51,510 nt of DNA from Octopus bimaculoides. Lineage: Eukaryota. How positions within the stretch are numbered: the first letter of the stretch is position 1; every line of letters begins with the position of its first letter. This document shows, one piece after another, positions 20,045 to 33,013 of this stretch. Made by a program: the position numbers and the translations under genes. Where the stretch lies: contig NC_068981.1 of the NCBI RefSeq assembly GCF_001194135.2, forward strand, positions 72,108,142-72,159,651, given 5' to 3'. Under the pieces are notes generated by a model. The model ran no database searches, had not been told where the DNA came from, and saw only the letters and a program-made list of their open reading frames with translations.

Positions 20045-23000
20045 TTTTCCCCCGTTTAAGAGTGAAGATTTAATCTTCACACCCACATATATTAACCAAC
20101 GACTGACGAAGAGAGGGACCGCTTGAAATAAGCGTCAAGTAGATCGTGGGTATGTTTTGGTCAATGCAGACGAAATTTCCATCTTGGAGATGTGGAAGCT
20201 ACGGAAAGAAAATTAGTCGGGTGTAAGCAATAATAAAAATGTCAAGCCATCATCGAGTTGTTTAAATAAAAGCAGGAATGATACATGCATGCGCGCCCAC
20301 ACAAGTATACGCGCGCACACACACATACACACTTATGTATATATGTTTATCTGTATGAACGGTCGAGAAGAGGAGGCACAGTTACTACAAATGTGGGAAG
20401 CCACAAACCTCTAAGGGCTTTCTGCTAACAGTGAAATGCAAGAAAAGAACCCTTGCGGCCAACTCCATAAATACAACAGCAACAATATTAACAATGGGAG
20501 CTGCAGCAGCAGCAACAAAAAAGGAAGCACATTCTGTAGCAGCACCATCAGCATGAACAGCAACAGAAGCACCCTCAACAACAACATAACACAGCCCCAA
20601 AAGATAGTTCTACCACTACTGTAAGCAAAAAAAAAAAACAAAAAACAATCCCCCAAAATCTTTTAGACCATCAAAACACATACTCATACAAAAACTCTCG
20701 GACACACTCATAAACTCATTCTTTCCTAATACTCCGAGACTTTGTTGGAGCAAAGAGAGAGAGAGAGAGAGAGAAAATAACTTCTATTGCTATCACAACT
20801 ACAAGCAAAACCACCTAACTGCAAAAACAGAAGCAAGTGCAGGAACAAGAACAGGAAAAAACAACCAACCAAACACTGAATCATCCTCGTGAACAAATTT
20901 ACACATAGGTAGCGTAATGGACATAGTTTTGATACACTAATTACCGAAAATTAGGAAAGCGACACCTCCAATCATCACAAATGCATGGAGAGAGATTGTC
21001 ATACGAGCTAATAATATTATTAACGAAAGTTGTTTCATCAAGAAAATCAGCATAAATACATTTTGTTTGCAAACGTATTCAGCCTGTCCTTGGTTATGTA
21101 TAATCCCCTCAACAAGGAGACAAAATCAAAAGGCATGCATCGTGGAAATAGATATGTTTATGCTTCTGGAGAAACTATTGAGTGAAAAATGATGTCCTAT
21201 ATAGTCTACAAATACATCAGTTGCAAGAATAGAGAAAAGTGCTTGATAGAAGTATGGCGGGCTATATCATATGTAAGCAGACGCAAAAATTTCGAGGAGC
21301 TATATAATGATATTATACGCCTCTGAAAGTTATCTCCACTTGCTATCCTATAATTGGCGACACGTAACCAGAGTCATAATACTTGAAATTTCTCCACATA
21401 CTACTTTCTGAAAGAATATGAAGAGATAATCGAAACAAAATCGGCTACTTCCTATGACTGGTTGGTAGTCCAACTGTGGCTAAAAATGCTACTCTTCATG
21501 GCAGGCATTTTAACAGGCATTTCCGATAATATTCACCTAAAGTGTACACCAAATGAGAGTTGTAGTGGAAGGTAGATCACAAAGTGTTACAGGTATGGTA
21601 TCTCCGAACATTAGAGAGTTTTCTATTTCCTCAAGCAAGTAGGGTAAAATCACCTTACTGCCAACACCTAAACCAACAACAGTTGCAACAAGTAAGAGAG
21701 TGAAGGTGATCACTATGATCTTTTTCGAAACGGGACTCTTCACAGGACTGCGATCCCTTCCAAAATAACACCAACATAAATGACACAAATACACGCAAAT
21801 ATATCGACCAGTTTCAGCCTTTATTTTTTTGAATTCATTGCAGCAGGAGGATGCCAAAGTATGGCATGCTGTGATAAGAGCCAAGAGAAAAATAAATGAT
21901 TGCCCATCACATAACAAAACAGAACATTTGGTAGAACTTTACTGAACGTGGAAGTATGTCATCCAAAACACAACCGTTATGAACAATAAAAGCAACCAAA
22001 CTCAGCACAACCAGAACAACAACAGCAGCAGCCACAGCAGCAACAACAATAACAAAAACAGTAGGAAAACACACAAACTCAACAATAGCAGTGATACCCT
22101 CAACTACATAAATAACATCTAAACAATTTCCAAAGAAAAAGAAACAACTCAATATCATAAATTTTCAAAATTCGCTGTTGTAAACAAGTGCAACAAGGAA
22201 CTGAGGCTTTACATAATACAACATACAAGCGAAGTGCAGAGAACTTTGAGAAGATCACATTCAAGTCTCCATCAAATAAATGTTTGCTGAGGATACCGAC
22301 AAACGTTTACATGCCATTACTGAATAGTAAGTTCCTAAATCCAAGGCAAAAGCAGACGGCCTTCTGGATGAATCTTTCAAGGAACTCTGTCGACAAGACC
22401 ATCGTGTCACAATACAAAGATAAATGATTTTCCTTCTAGCATGGATGAATTAAAAGTCGGAAGTATAAATGTACGTTTTGGAGGTAAGTTTACTTTCTCA
22501 ATTGGGACATTAGATATAGATATGTGTGGTAGCCATCAACAAGACCAAGATTTTTGGAATACTTGCCTTTGTACTCACCTTTGACAACTAAAAGACAGTT
22601 AGTCTGGATTGCGAGGAGGGAAGGTAATGTTGTTAATAAAGGTTTCGATTTTAAGTCACAGTCAATCTTCTTGGATTGGGACAGTGGGTCGTTGATGTTA
22701 GGTTTGAAGAGCAGTGGTGGTATCGCTTACTAACAAGTGAACGTCTATGGGGAAGAGTGACCTAACTTTTTCAGGCATTTAGAAGCTTTTTGGAAAACGC
22801 CCCACTCTTTAATACTTGTGGGAAACAGGAATGCCATTTTAGATGCACACTGGGATAGTGTGGGACTAAGTGATAGGCGAAGAGGTAGAAAAAGTCTCAC
22901 AAGCCTGCTCAGATTGTTCCAATTGTTAGAAAGATGCCGACTAAAGTTTCCGAATGATCAGTATGGACATGGAGCTACTGCCCAATTTTCAACGCTGATA

Positions 23001-24200
23001 ATTTGTATATACGGTATTGTTAGGTTAGCGAGCTATATTAGTGTAAGTAGTCCATAATTTCAATCATTCTGCTAAACAGACCACAAGTGTGTAAACCATA
23101 TGGTCGACCTAGATAATAGACATAATTGGGACTATGACAATTGAGAGCTGACTGCATCTTATCTTACTCACAAAACCTACAATAGCCGAGTTTCGGTTGA
23201 TGTGATCTTCGGGTGACCGTAGCAACCAGCGGGCGATCCTGCAGAGAGCGATTAGAGTAGAATCAATAAGGCTTAGCAAATAGTAGTGATATAGAAAAAT
23301 AAATTATCGGAGGAACTAGTGAACAAATTTGATATTACGTCGAAAGCGGGCGCGTGCTACTCGACTTCAAGCAGATGTGTGCGGCTTTCCTGCGGGTCTT
23401 TGTTCTACAGTTTGTGGCGAGTGTTAGACTGGATACAGTGCAAAACTTTAATGTCTGCAGCGGTTGTCTGTGGAAGTTACGAAAAACCGATAAAGTATAT
23501 TAGAAACAGCATCTATATCGTAGAGAGGGAGAGTAAAAAAAAATACTAGCTTCGGTGTGGCTCTGAAAAGTTTGGATCAATCAAAAGTCTTTTATAATGT
23601 CGGCCATCGCTAGGTAACGTCTGACCCAAGACAGCTGGATAGCTTCAATATACAACGGCATTTGTTTGGGAGTCAGGTTAAATTGAAACATATCAGAACC
23701 GTTTCCAATTACATTGAATGCCTTCTCTTTTTTCTCATGACTCTCGGACAATTACTATGGAAACTGGAATTCTTGAGATGAGGGACATTCCGTTTGCGCT
23801 GGAACGTGAGAGAACCGTGTCTAGCATATGCAGATGACGTCGCTGTAATCGTGTCGGACATCATAGAAGATGAGACGGGTGGCACCATTATAGATAAATA
23901 GTCGGTGACAGGAGCAAAAAACCGAAAATGTCATCTGGCCTGTAGCTGAACACCCGGAAAAGCAATTGCGTGCCATTGTACAGCTGAGAGGCATTGGATG
24001 GGCGGATCGGACTCGTTAAGTTACTAGAAGTTCGGTTCAATTCAAGCCTCTAATGGGGAAAAATGGGATAAAAATTTCAAGAGAGGTGGCCTATGTAATC
24101 CAGAAATTGGTTGGAAGGAAGCTATCCCTGAAAGGTCTAGCACTTGTGATGAACATCGTCTCCATTACAGATTACTGCGTGACTGTCACACTGTACCCTA
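20045..24200 (+). mobile_element. Element D: decayed Tx1/L1-like non-LTR retrotransposon(s), with ORF1 relic and internally deleted ORF2
   Basis: ORF1-like FKSEDLIFTPTYINQRLTK (20055-20111) and TVEKRRHSYYKCGKP (20359-20403). ORF2 starts MDELKVGSINVR at 22441 with LILVGNRNAILD near 22810. RT motif LAYADDVAVIVSD has YADD at 23827-23838. GRKLSLKG near 24113. The interval 20600-22440 may include other material. Confidence 0.7.
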
Positions 24201-25459
24201 CTTTTTCCCCCTCTACATTAATATTTTAAGTCATGCTAGGTTTTACCTTGGTCTCTATAGGTTTTTAAAATAATTACTAGTAGTAGACTGGGATAGAATT
24301 AATGCACGATACTCTTTTCATGTGTAGTTATTTGCCAAAGTAAGAAATCATTGATTACTGTGTTATATACCGTGTGTTAGCTTTAATTGCTGTTAATGCT
24401 GTTCTGCTAGTTCACGGAAACAGTGACATAATGTCGTTTCCTGATTTTAGCTATTTGGCTTCCCTTACACAAGAAATAATAAACAAAAGAAGCACATCAT
24501 ACTATCCTTTTTATCCATTTCACTACAGTATGAAATGATTTAATCCGAAGAGGAAGAACAACGCTCATGACCCTTTTCAAGGTTTCTGAGACTAGTGATA
24601 TGAAATTATGCTTGCATCAGAGTAGACTTTACAAAAGGCCCCGAAGAAGCCACACTTCTGTTGCATAGCTTGACCTAGATGCATACTTGATGTGAAATAA
24701 CATTTTTCTAAAAGCAAAATATATAATTAATTATATATTATATAAAGCATGCTGGCATTTCTTGACCTGTTATGTATTGCTGAAGGCAACTACGAGTTAG
24801 ATACATCTATTTTGCAAAACTGCCAGGAAAATATCAGTCTCTAATATCCGCATTCTTATTTCATTGATCTCTCTGTTGTATTTGGAATAAAACACAACGA
24901 TTATTTTTATTAAGAGTTATATTCAATGTTCATTCATACATTTCTTTCTCTAACATGTCTCTCTCCTTCTATGTAAATGTATCCACCTATTCTCATACAT
25001 CTTTATATATGTACGCATTGCATTAATACTTTCATTGCAAATTGTACATGCATGCACACAGTTATTGAGTTGTATGCGTGCGATGTACAATCATTAAAAA
25101 AGAGTTAAAAAGAAAAAAAAAACAGAAAAACTTATAGTTTGAGCTATTTTCATACACCAGCCAATCTTATTCATTCATATTTTCTGTCTGGGTCAGATTC
25201 ATAATATCTTAAAAAAGAAACAAAACACAAACGCCAAAGAAAAGACATTAACGCACCTATCACTTAATTTGTTATGGGACGTCAATTTTACTCATGCATT
25301 AAACTGAATAGATGCAACATTATTTGCACCAATAACAACATAATTTTCTTATTAGATATTGTCTATAAAAAAATTATATTCCTTATGATGTATTATAAGA
25401 ATTTCCTTTTTTTAAAAATTCAAATTAATTAATTATGATGTGTATTATTACAATAGGTA

Positions 25460-25612
25460 ATGGTCTCAAATGTTGGCAGAAGGCCAGCAACTTTTTAGGA
25501 GAAGTGGTGAGTCAATTGCATCGAACCCAGCATTCAACTGGTACTTATTTTATCAATCCCGAAAAGATGAAAGACAAAGTCGACCTAGGCGGAATTTGAA
25601 CTCAGAACATCT
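25460..25612 (-). mobile_element. SINE family 1 body
   Basis: ctcaaatgttggcagaaggccagcaac...aaagtcgacctaggcggaatttgaactcagaac. Confidence 0.85.
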
Positions 25613-25679
25613 AATAATAATGATAATAATAATGATAATATATCTTGTGATCATAATATCTCGGCAAAAAAAAAAAAAA

Positions 25680-26194
25680 AAAAGAATTTGATAAGCTCAA
25701 TATAAAGATTTGCTGGTTGAAATCGAAAAAATGCGACATCTCAAGACGGTTACAATACCAGTGATTGTAGGAGCACTTGGAATGATAAAAAGTGGGTAAC
25801 TGAAAATTATTTGAGGATGAATCCTGGCTTATCATCCATGCAGGAAATACAAAAAATTGTCTTAACTTGTACGTCACACGTATTGAGAAAAGCATTGTCA
25901 CTGAATTTTCTTTCTTTTTTCTTTCCCCCCTTATTTTGCTTTATTCTTTTATTCCTTCATTTGTTTGAGCCATGCGGCTTCGGTCATGCTGGAGTACCAC
26001 CGTTTTCTTTATTCCAATTTATCTCTTTTTTTTCCTTCTTTCCTCTCTCTTCCATTTTTTCTATCACATGACTTTGTAAATGAATAATCTGGTGTGTTTA
26101 TTTTAATGGCTTACCAATGTATACAGTGAGTTTATTTGTCCTAGGTGTTGGGAAGACACTCGGCAAGAAACGGAAACAAAATTGAAAGTAGAAG

Positions 26195-26196
<2 letters not shown>
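25680..26196 (+). mobile_element. R4/Dong-like (RLE-type) non-LTR element, 5'-truncated 3' end
   Basis: KDLLVEIEKMRHLKTVTIPVIVGALGMIK and PGLSSMQEIQKIVLTCTSHVLRKALS match the RLE-clade C-terminus. Followed by a UTR and a (TAA)n array. Confidence 0.78.
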
Positions 26197-26227
<31 letters not shown>

Positions 26228-26248
26228 GTAGAAGTAGTAATAATAATA
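26196..26248. repeat. (TAA)n microsatellite
   Basis: Direct inspection. Confidence 0.95.
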
Positions 26249-26277
26249 AGGAAAAGAAGAAAAAGAAGAACAACAAT

Positions 26278-26483
26278 TGTTTCAAAATTTGAACAAGGCT
26301 AGCAATTTTAGCGGGTGGGGGTTATTTGATTACACCGCTCGCAGCACTTGACTGGTACTTTATATTATGGACCACAAAATGACGAAAGTAAAGTTGACCT
26401 CGGCGGTATTTAACTTAGAATGTGCAGAGCAGGAACAAATACCGCAAAGCGTTTCTCCGACACTAACAATTCTCTAAGCTTAC
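26278..26483 (-). mobile_element. SINE family 1, degenerate, full length
   Basis: tttcaaaatttgaacaaggctagcaattt...aaagtaaagttgacctcggcggtattt...aaataccgcaaagcgtttc. Confidence 0.78.
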
Positions 26484-26529
26484 TGTCCTAATAATAATAA
26501 TAAGAAGAAGAATAAGAATAAGAATAATT

Positions 26530-27680
26530 ATAAGTAGAGAAAAAATATAAAATACGGAAGAACGGGTTTGATGCAGTAATAGAACAGTTAAAATAGAAGA
26601 TCATGGAAAAAGCCAGAAGATCAGAAGATTTGTGAACAGAAATAAGCAGTTCGAGGGAAAAAGATTGTTCAAAAATAACCCGCAACAAATCTTCCGAACG
26701 TTAGAAAGAGACAATGGGGAAAATGTTGTTCCTGATGCAAGGAGTTCTGGAGCGGATTATGGGGAAACAATGTGGTGCATAAAAGGGATGCAATGTGGAT
26801 AGGAACTATCAAGACAGAATTACAAGGAGGAAAGAAACGGAGGAATATTGTCGTAAGCACGGGTGATGTGAAAGAACAGGTGGGTAAAGTGCCTAACTGG
26901 AAAACCCTTGGACCAGTTGGCTTTCATGACTTTTGAAGAGATGCCACGCGGTGCGTGAAAGACTAACAACCCAATTGAATAAGTGTGTCCAGAAAGGTTC
27001 AGTCCTCGCGTGGATCGTGACCGGGAGGACAACACTTATAATGAAAGATAGAAGGGGAATATTGTGGGAAACTACCGTCCCATAACATGCCTAAACAATT
27101 TACTGTTTTGTTGCTTGGACCCCCAAAAATCTTATATGGGCCATCAGGGGTCATTTGGACCCAGATTGAGAGCCACTGGTGTAAGCATACACCATAAAGG
27201 GCTTCCAAGAATAACAAAACAATAACACTCTATGATTTGCCAATGCACACAAATAGGGAGATTAAGGCTGATCGATCAGTTATTGTTGTGAAAAGCTATC
27301 TGGGGAAAATGCCTCCTAATTAACATTTCAGTTCCAACCAATGATAATGTGTTTTAAAAGAGATCGAAAAATCCTTTTAATGTAAAGATCTGGAAATAGA
27401 GAAAACATAAACGTGGGACCTGAAAACAAAAGCAATCCAAATAATAATCGATGCTTTTGGAATGATAAAAGAATATGAGACAAATACACAATCAAGACCC
27501 AAGGGCTTACAAATATACATAACACCGAAACTTGCACTGATAAGTGCCATACACATATTGTGTAGAACAGTAAAAATAACAAAACCAAACCAAGATATTG
27601 CGCGCATCCAAAGCATTGAGAGCTGTGCTCGGTAGTGTAGTGAAAACTCGTAATAAATATAAAACTACTGAACAATAATA
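26530..27680 (+). mobile_element. R4/Dong-like non-LTR element, internally deleted
   Basis: RLFKNNPQQIFRTL, EQVGKVPNWKTLGP, GRTTLIMKD, GNYRPITCLN (RT motif), HTNREIKADR and KDLEIE..WDLKTK..IIDAFGMIK (RLE). TAA repeats on both flanks. Confidence 0.8.
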
Positions 27681-27827
27681 ATTTCTCTTAGTGACACTGT
27701 ACAAAGACGAAATAGAAGAGAAAGCAATGAGCAAAATCAGTGAGGTGAGACTTACAAAACATACTGACACATTAATAAATCGATAACAAAAGCAATAGCA
27801 GTATAGAACAACACAAGAAAAAAAAAA

Positions 27828-27859
<32 letters not shown>

Positions 27860-28425
27860 AGCAAAGAGAATCCCTCAAATGACGTGGGACAATTATATAG
27901 GGATTTGAGACACGTTGCATAATCCTGCATTAATCTGACGTACAAAAGGCAAGTGCTTTTCCCCAGATCTTACCGCTAGTCACATAATTTGTGCTGGCTC
28001 TTTTAACCACACCAATGTAACAACTTCCACTTATCTTTTCATAAGCTCTGCTGGAAAGCAGCACCTCCCTCTCATGCTCATCTTCCTCTTCAAGAAGTAT
28101 TTAAAGAAATGGATGAGAACTTGTCATGAGAAGGAAAACTCTGCTCTCAAAACTTGCAAAATCGTTCGCCACACTACTTCCTTCGTCATAAACACCAGAC
28201 AGGAAGTCTATTTACTTTTCCTTACGAAAAAAGAAAAAAAAAAAAAACAAAAAACAGTGGCTTGACAACCGACCGGATCGCTTGCTCGTGAAAATTGTTA
28301 TTCAGCATAAAACACCAATAAGCAATATAGAAACACTGAATGAGAGCATACCGGATAAGTTTTTTTTGCTAGCGGCTCTACTACTACTACTACTATTACC
28401 AACAACAACAATTATAATAATAATC

Positions 28426-28807
28426 TGTTGGCACACCGTCGGCTATGACGTAGAGGGTTCCAGTTGATCCGATCAACGGAACAGCCTGCTTGTGAAATTA
28501 ACGTGCAAGTGGCTGAGCACTCCACAGACACGTGTACCCTTAACGTAGTTCTCGAGGATATTCAGCGTGACACAGTGTGACAAGGCTGACCCTTTGAATT
28601 ACAGGCACAACAGAAACAAGAAGTAAGAGTGAGAGAAAGTTGTGGTGAAAGAGTACACCAGGGTTCGCCACCATCCGCTGCCGGAGCCTTGTGGAGCTTT
28701 AGGTGTTTTCGCTCAATAAACACTCACAACACCCGGTCTAGGAATCGAAAACGCGATCCTATGACCGCGAGTCCGCTGCCCTAACCACTGGGCCATTGCG
28801 CCTCCAC
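28426..28807 (-). mobile_element. SINE family 2, full length
   Basis: Minus strand: gtggaggcgcaatggcccagtggttagggcagcggactcgcggtcataggatcgcgttttcgattcc, a tRNA-like head. Confidence 0.92.
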
Positions 28808-29499
28808 AATATTAATAATAGGAATAATATAAATAAAAACAACATAAAATTCGTGATACAGGGACAACTAGATCTGTGAAAACGAATATCAACAACTATA
28901 GTGTAAATAATAAATGTCATCCGTTTAGTACATTTTCTGAGAAAATGCACTCCACTATATCAGAATGTTTTACAGTAGTTCCGGCAAAATGTTCTTGGAA
29001 ATACATCAGCGTAGCAAGGCTGTGTTACGAACATCTCTTTACTAAATTTTAATCAGTTGATGTGAAAGCTTTCTGGTATTCATAAAAACTTCCATCTCTC
29101 GTAGAATATGGTAATATAAAAATGCTATGAAACTTGATATTACGCAGACAAACTATAAAATAGCACATAATAAACCTGACATTACTCTCCAAGCAATACT
29201 AAATTATCGTAGTGCTGCGCAGAAGTGAGTTAAAAAGCTAAAGAACAGCGTTGACCTAACTTTTAAACTGAAAGCATTATGATATTTGAGAATGTGTTTA
29301 TCATACCACTTTCTCTTAGGTCATTGAAAAATTCTCTATAAGGATAGGCAGAGGTGCGTTCCAGAAAATAGCATAACTAAGATTTACAAACATTGGGCAA
29401 CCTGTCACAGCATTTGTTAATCTTGATTGTGTTTATTAGTATACTAAACATATTTGTTAACTCAGCATTGTTGTTAATCGGAAACATATTTGTTAACCA

Positions 29500-30867
29500 T
29501 AAATAGTTCTATGCATGTTTTTCATTGAACATTCTCACTAAAGCTTCAACATCTTTGTTGACCTCGAAAATTTCCGTTAGTATAATAAATCACTGCACCT
29601 AAATAATCGAGTAAAATGCAGCTGGAAAACCGCACTTGCTTGACTGGAGTCAAATAGCACGCACATCGCGATCCGTGAAAGTACATGTGGCTTTCTTGCT
29701 ACGTCTTGTCTACAGTCCTTTTACGCCGCTTTTCTATTAATTACTCCAAAATAGTCATAACGTGTGTCCATTGTGCCATACCAGTCACCCACTAGCATTA
29801 AGGGATTGAACATCCCCATGAATGCTTAAGTCTTCAGAATATCATCTAGTCTGAGGATGCCACATTCACTGCTGTTCTTCTCCAGGTCTTATCATGGCAC
29901 GAAATCAAAATAATCTCAAAACAATGTTGCAATACTGCTCGATCTAAGTCATCTACAAGAGACGTACACCTCATTAACGCTTAAAAGTAGTGCGACTTAC
30001 TGCGTGGCGGCACCCTTGGCTTCGCTAATGGCTACTATATCTATATTTACTAACTTGAGGTCGTTAACGAAGAAAACATGTTTCCAGGCCGACTTCAGGT
30101 CTCGTGCATTTAGGCCATGTTGAGCGGAAAAATGTTGAGTGCAACAGTTTACTTGCCTTGCCCTAGAAAAAGAATGATTCGGTACTATAAGTAGAAGGGT
30201 TCTTGAGAACCCGCCAAAATTTCTTAGTTTTTTTTTTTAAATTACCTTATGCGGGTATTTTTACTGTAAATTCCAATAGACTTCTGGTATTGTTTGCACT
30301 AGAAATCTTTTGGCTGGTTTCTTTAGGATGACTTTCTAAAACCTTTTCTATTTTTTTTAAACACATCCACCAACAGGTTATTGTTTCTTCGTATGATAGT
30401 AAAAATGAAAACAAGTTTTTGAACGTTTGGCTGTTAGTGTTACTTCCATCGTTGTTCTTGTTCTAATTGTTTTCTTGTTTTGGTTGTTTTCTTTGTGGTA
30501 GCTTTGGTGGTGGGTTTTGTGATGTTTCGTCAAACCTTTCGGCTTTTAGTTTTGAGTAATTGTTATAGTTTTTTTTTCTTCCTCTTCGTCTCACCACAAC
30601 TTCTTGCCATAGTCACTTATTTTTGTCCTTTTCACCTGACGAAGTGTTGGAGGCGATGTTGGAGTGCAGGTATGTGCATAAACCGAAACAACGAAAACCA
30701 CCTGTTGTCCTTCTACCACAGTTCTCATTTGTCCATCATTAATTTAAATAAATAAACTCAAGGACCCTCACGAGATTCTCTGAAGTTCCGACCAATTCTA
30801 GTCGGAGATCGATCTGGATTCAATTATCTTCTCATGTTTCTCCAGCATGATTGCTAGGAAACTCACG
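29500..30867 (-). mobile_element. Element F: decayed Tx1/L1-like element with ORF1 remnant and APE endonuclease of ORF2
   Basis: Minus strand LNARDLKSAWKHVFFVNDLKLVNIDIVAISEAK (30113-30015) and LMLVGDWYGTMD (about 29801-29766). A K/T/N-rich linker and a possible degenerate VVEG...knuckle lie near 30725-30660. The 5' end abuts a SINE head. The 3' limit is uncertain. Confidence 0.68.
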
Positions 30868-30940
30868 TAAGCAGTCGGAACAAATACCACAACGCATTTT
30901 TTTCCCCGACGATCTAATGCTTCTGCCAGCTTACCGCCTT
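30868..30940 (-). mobile_element. SINE family 1 head only
   Basis: Minus strand aaggcggtaagctggcagaagcattagatcgtcggggaaaaaaatgcgttgtggtatttgttccgac; no B-box or body follows. Confidence 0.8.
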
Positions 30941-31836
30941 AATGATGATGATGAAAAGAGCAACAAAAGCAGCAGCAGCAACAACTACAACAACGACGAC
31001 GACGACGACAACAATCCTTTCATTTATTTTATTTCGGAGCCTCATTCATGCGTACAACAACGTATTGCAAAAAGGTGTGACAGGGATATGTGAGAATTTA
31101 CATACATAGTTATATGAAATTATGATCTGTGGTAGAATTTGCACAAATAATATATAATATAATATAGTAAAGGACGCACGAATCAAATAAGAATAATCCA
31201 CCCATATACAAATGAGAAACTTGCAGAGTTTGATCATGAAACTTAACGATCCTGTCTAGCATCTAAAAACTATGCATTTTAAGAAGAGACTTTTGAGTAT
31301 TGGAATGTTTAAAAAAAATAATCATATGCTTTTCTATTGTCTCCCACTTCTCAAGTAACAAGAAAAATTTCTATAATGTGTTGTTGATTATAATCATACA
31401 AAAGGTAGTACATTGATTATTACCAATGAAATTCTCAACAATTATTGAATCAGATTTCGAATAGCCAAAATCTGAAACCTACGTAGCAACAAAAAGAGGC
31501 GTACATCAAAGACGGACAGCAGAAAAAAATCGTTTGTACACAAATGGCAATCATCCTAAATAAACGATGAAAGTATATCTTTACATGTGCAATACTTGCA
31601 CGAACTGAATGTCCTATATATAATTATAAAGCAGATTCTGGCTTGGACAAATCCAAGCTGGAATAAATCGAACTTGGTTAGAGAGGTAGGAGCAGTAACA
31701 TTTGTCATAAAAGATCAGACGATCTTTTCAGGTTCTTTGAAATATAGTATAGTCGATAAATATCACTTGTGTTGTATATTTACCAACATGATACACTGAT
31801 ACACCATATTGTCTCATGGTATCTTACATAAACTTT

Positions 31837-31887
<51 letters not shown>

Positions 31888-32955
31888 ATTAGGGACAAAA
31901 TCCAAAATTACAGGTAAAAAACTCAATTAAAATCAATTTATAAAAATTAAAATTAAATTGAGCCTTATAGATAAAGTATATATAAAATATATAGTTTTAG
32001 TGAAAATAACCAATTTACAAGAACTCATCGATGAAAATCCACTATCACATATAGAAAAATTAATAATTAAAAGCACAATAAATGAGTATAATATAAAGTA
32101 AAGTAAATATCATAAGATAAATATAATATAATATTATTATATTNNNNNNNNNNNNNNNNNNNNNNNNNNNNNNNNNNNNNNNNNNNNNNNNNNNNNNNNN
32201 NNNNNNNNNNNNNNNNNNNNNNNNNNNNNNNNNNNNNNNNNNNNNNNNNNNNNNNNNNNNNNNNNNNNNNNNNNNNNNNNNNNNNNNNNNNNNNNNNNNN
32301 NNNNNNNNNNNNNNNNNNNNNNNNNNNNNNNNNNNNNNNNNNNNNNNNNNNNNNNNNNNNNNNNNNNNNNNNNNNNNNNNNNNNNNNNNNNNNNNNNNNN
32401 NNNNNNNNNNNNNNNNNNNNNNNNNNNNNNNNNNNNNNNNNNNNNNNNNNNNNNNNNNNNNNNNNNNNNNNNNNNNNNNNNNNNNNNNNNNNNNNNNNNN
32501 NNNNNNNNNNNNNNNNNNNNNNNNNNNNNNNNNNNNNNNNNNNNNNNNNNNNNNNNNNNNNNNNNNNNNNNNNNNNNNNNNNNNNNNNNNNNNNNNNNNN
32601 NNNNNNNNNNNNNNNNNNNNNNNNNNNNNNNNNNNNNNNNNNNNNNNNNNNNNNNNNNNNNNNNNNNNNNNNNNNNNNNNNNNNNNNNNNNNNNNNNNNN
32701 NNNNNNNNNNNNNNNNNNNNNNNNNNNNNNNNNNNNNNNNNNNNNNNNNNNNNNNNNNNNNNNNNNNNNNNNNNNNNNNNNNNNNNNNNNNNNNNNNNNN
32801 NNNNNNNNNNNNNNNNNNNNNNNNNNNNNNNNNNNNNNNNNNNNNNNNNNNNNNNNNNNNNNNNNNNNNNNNNNNNNNNNNNNNNNNNNNNNNNNNNNNN
32901 NNNNNNNNNNNNNNNNNNNNNNNNNNNNNNNNNNNNNNNNNNNNNNNNNNNNNNN

Positions 32956-33013
<58 letters not shown>

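Noticed and set aside
28760-28807. Functional tRNA gene
   Set aside because: The tRNA-like head continues into a multicopy SINE body and the acceptor stem is not complementary.
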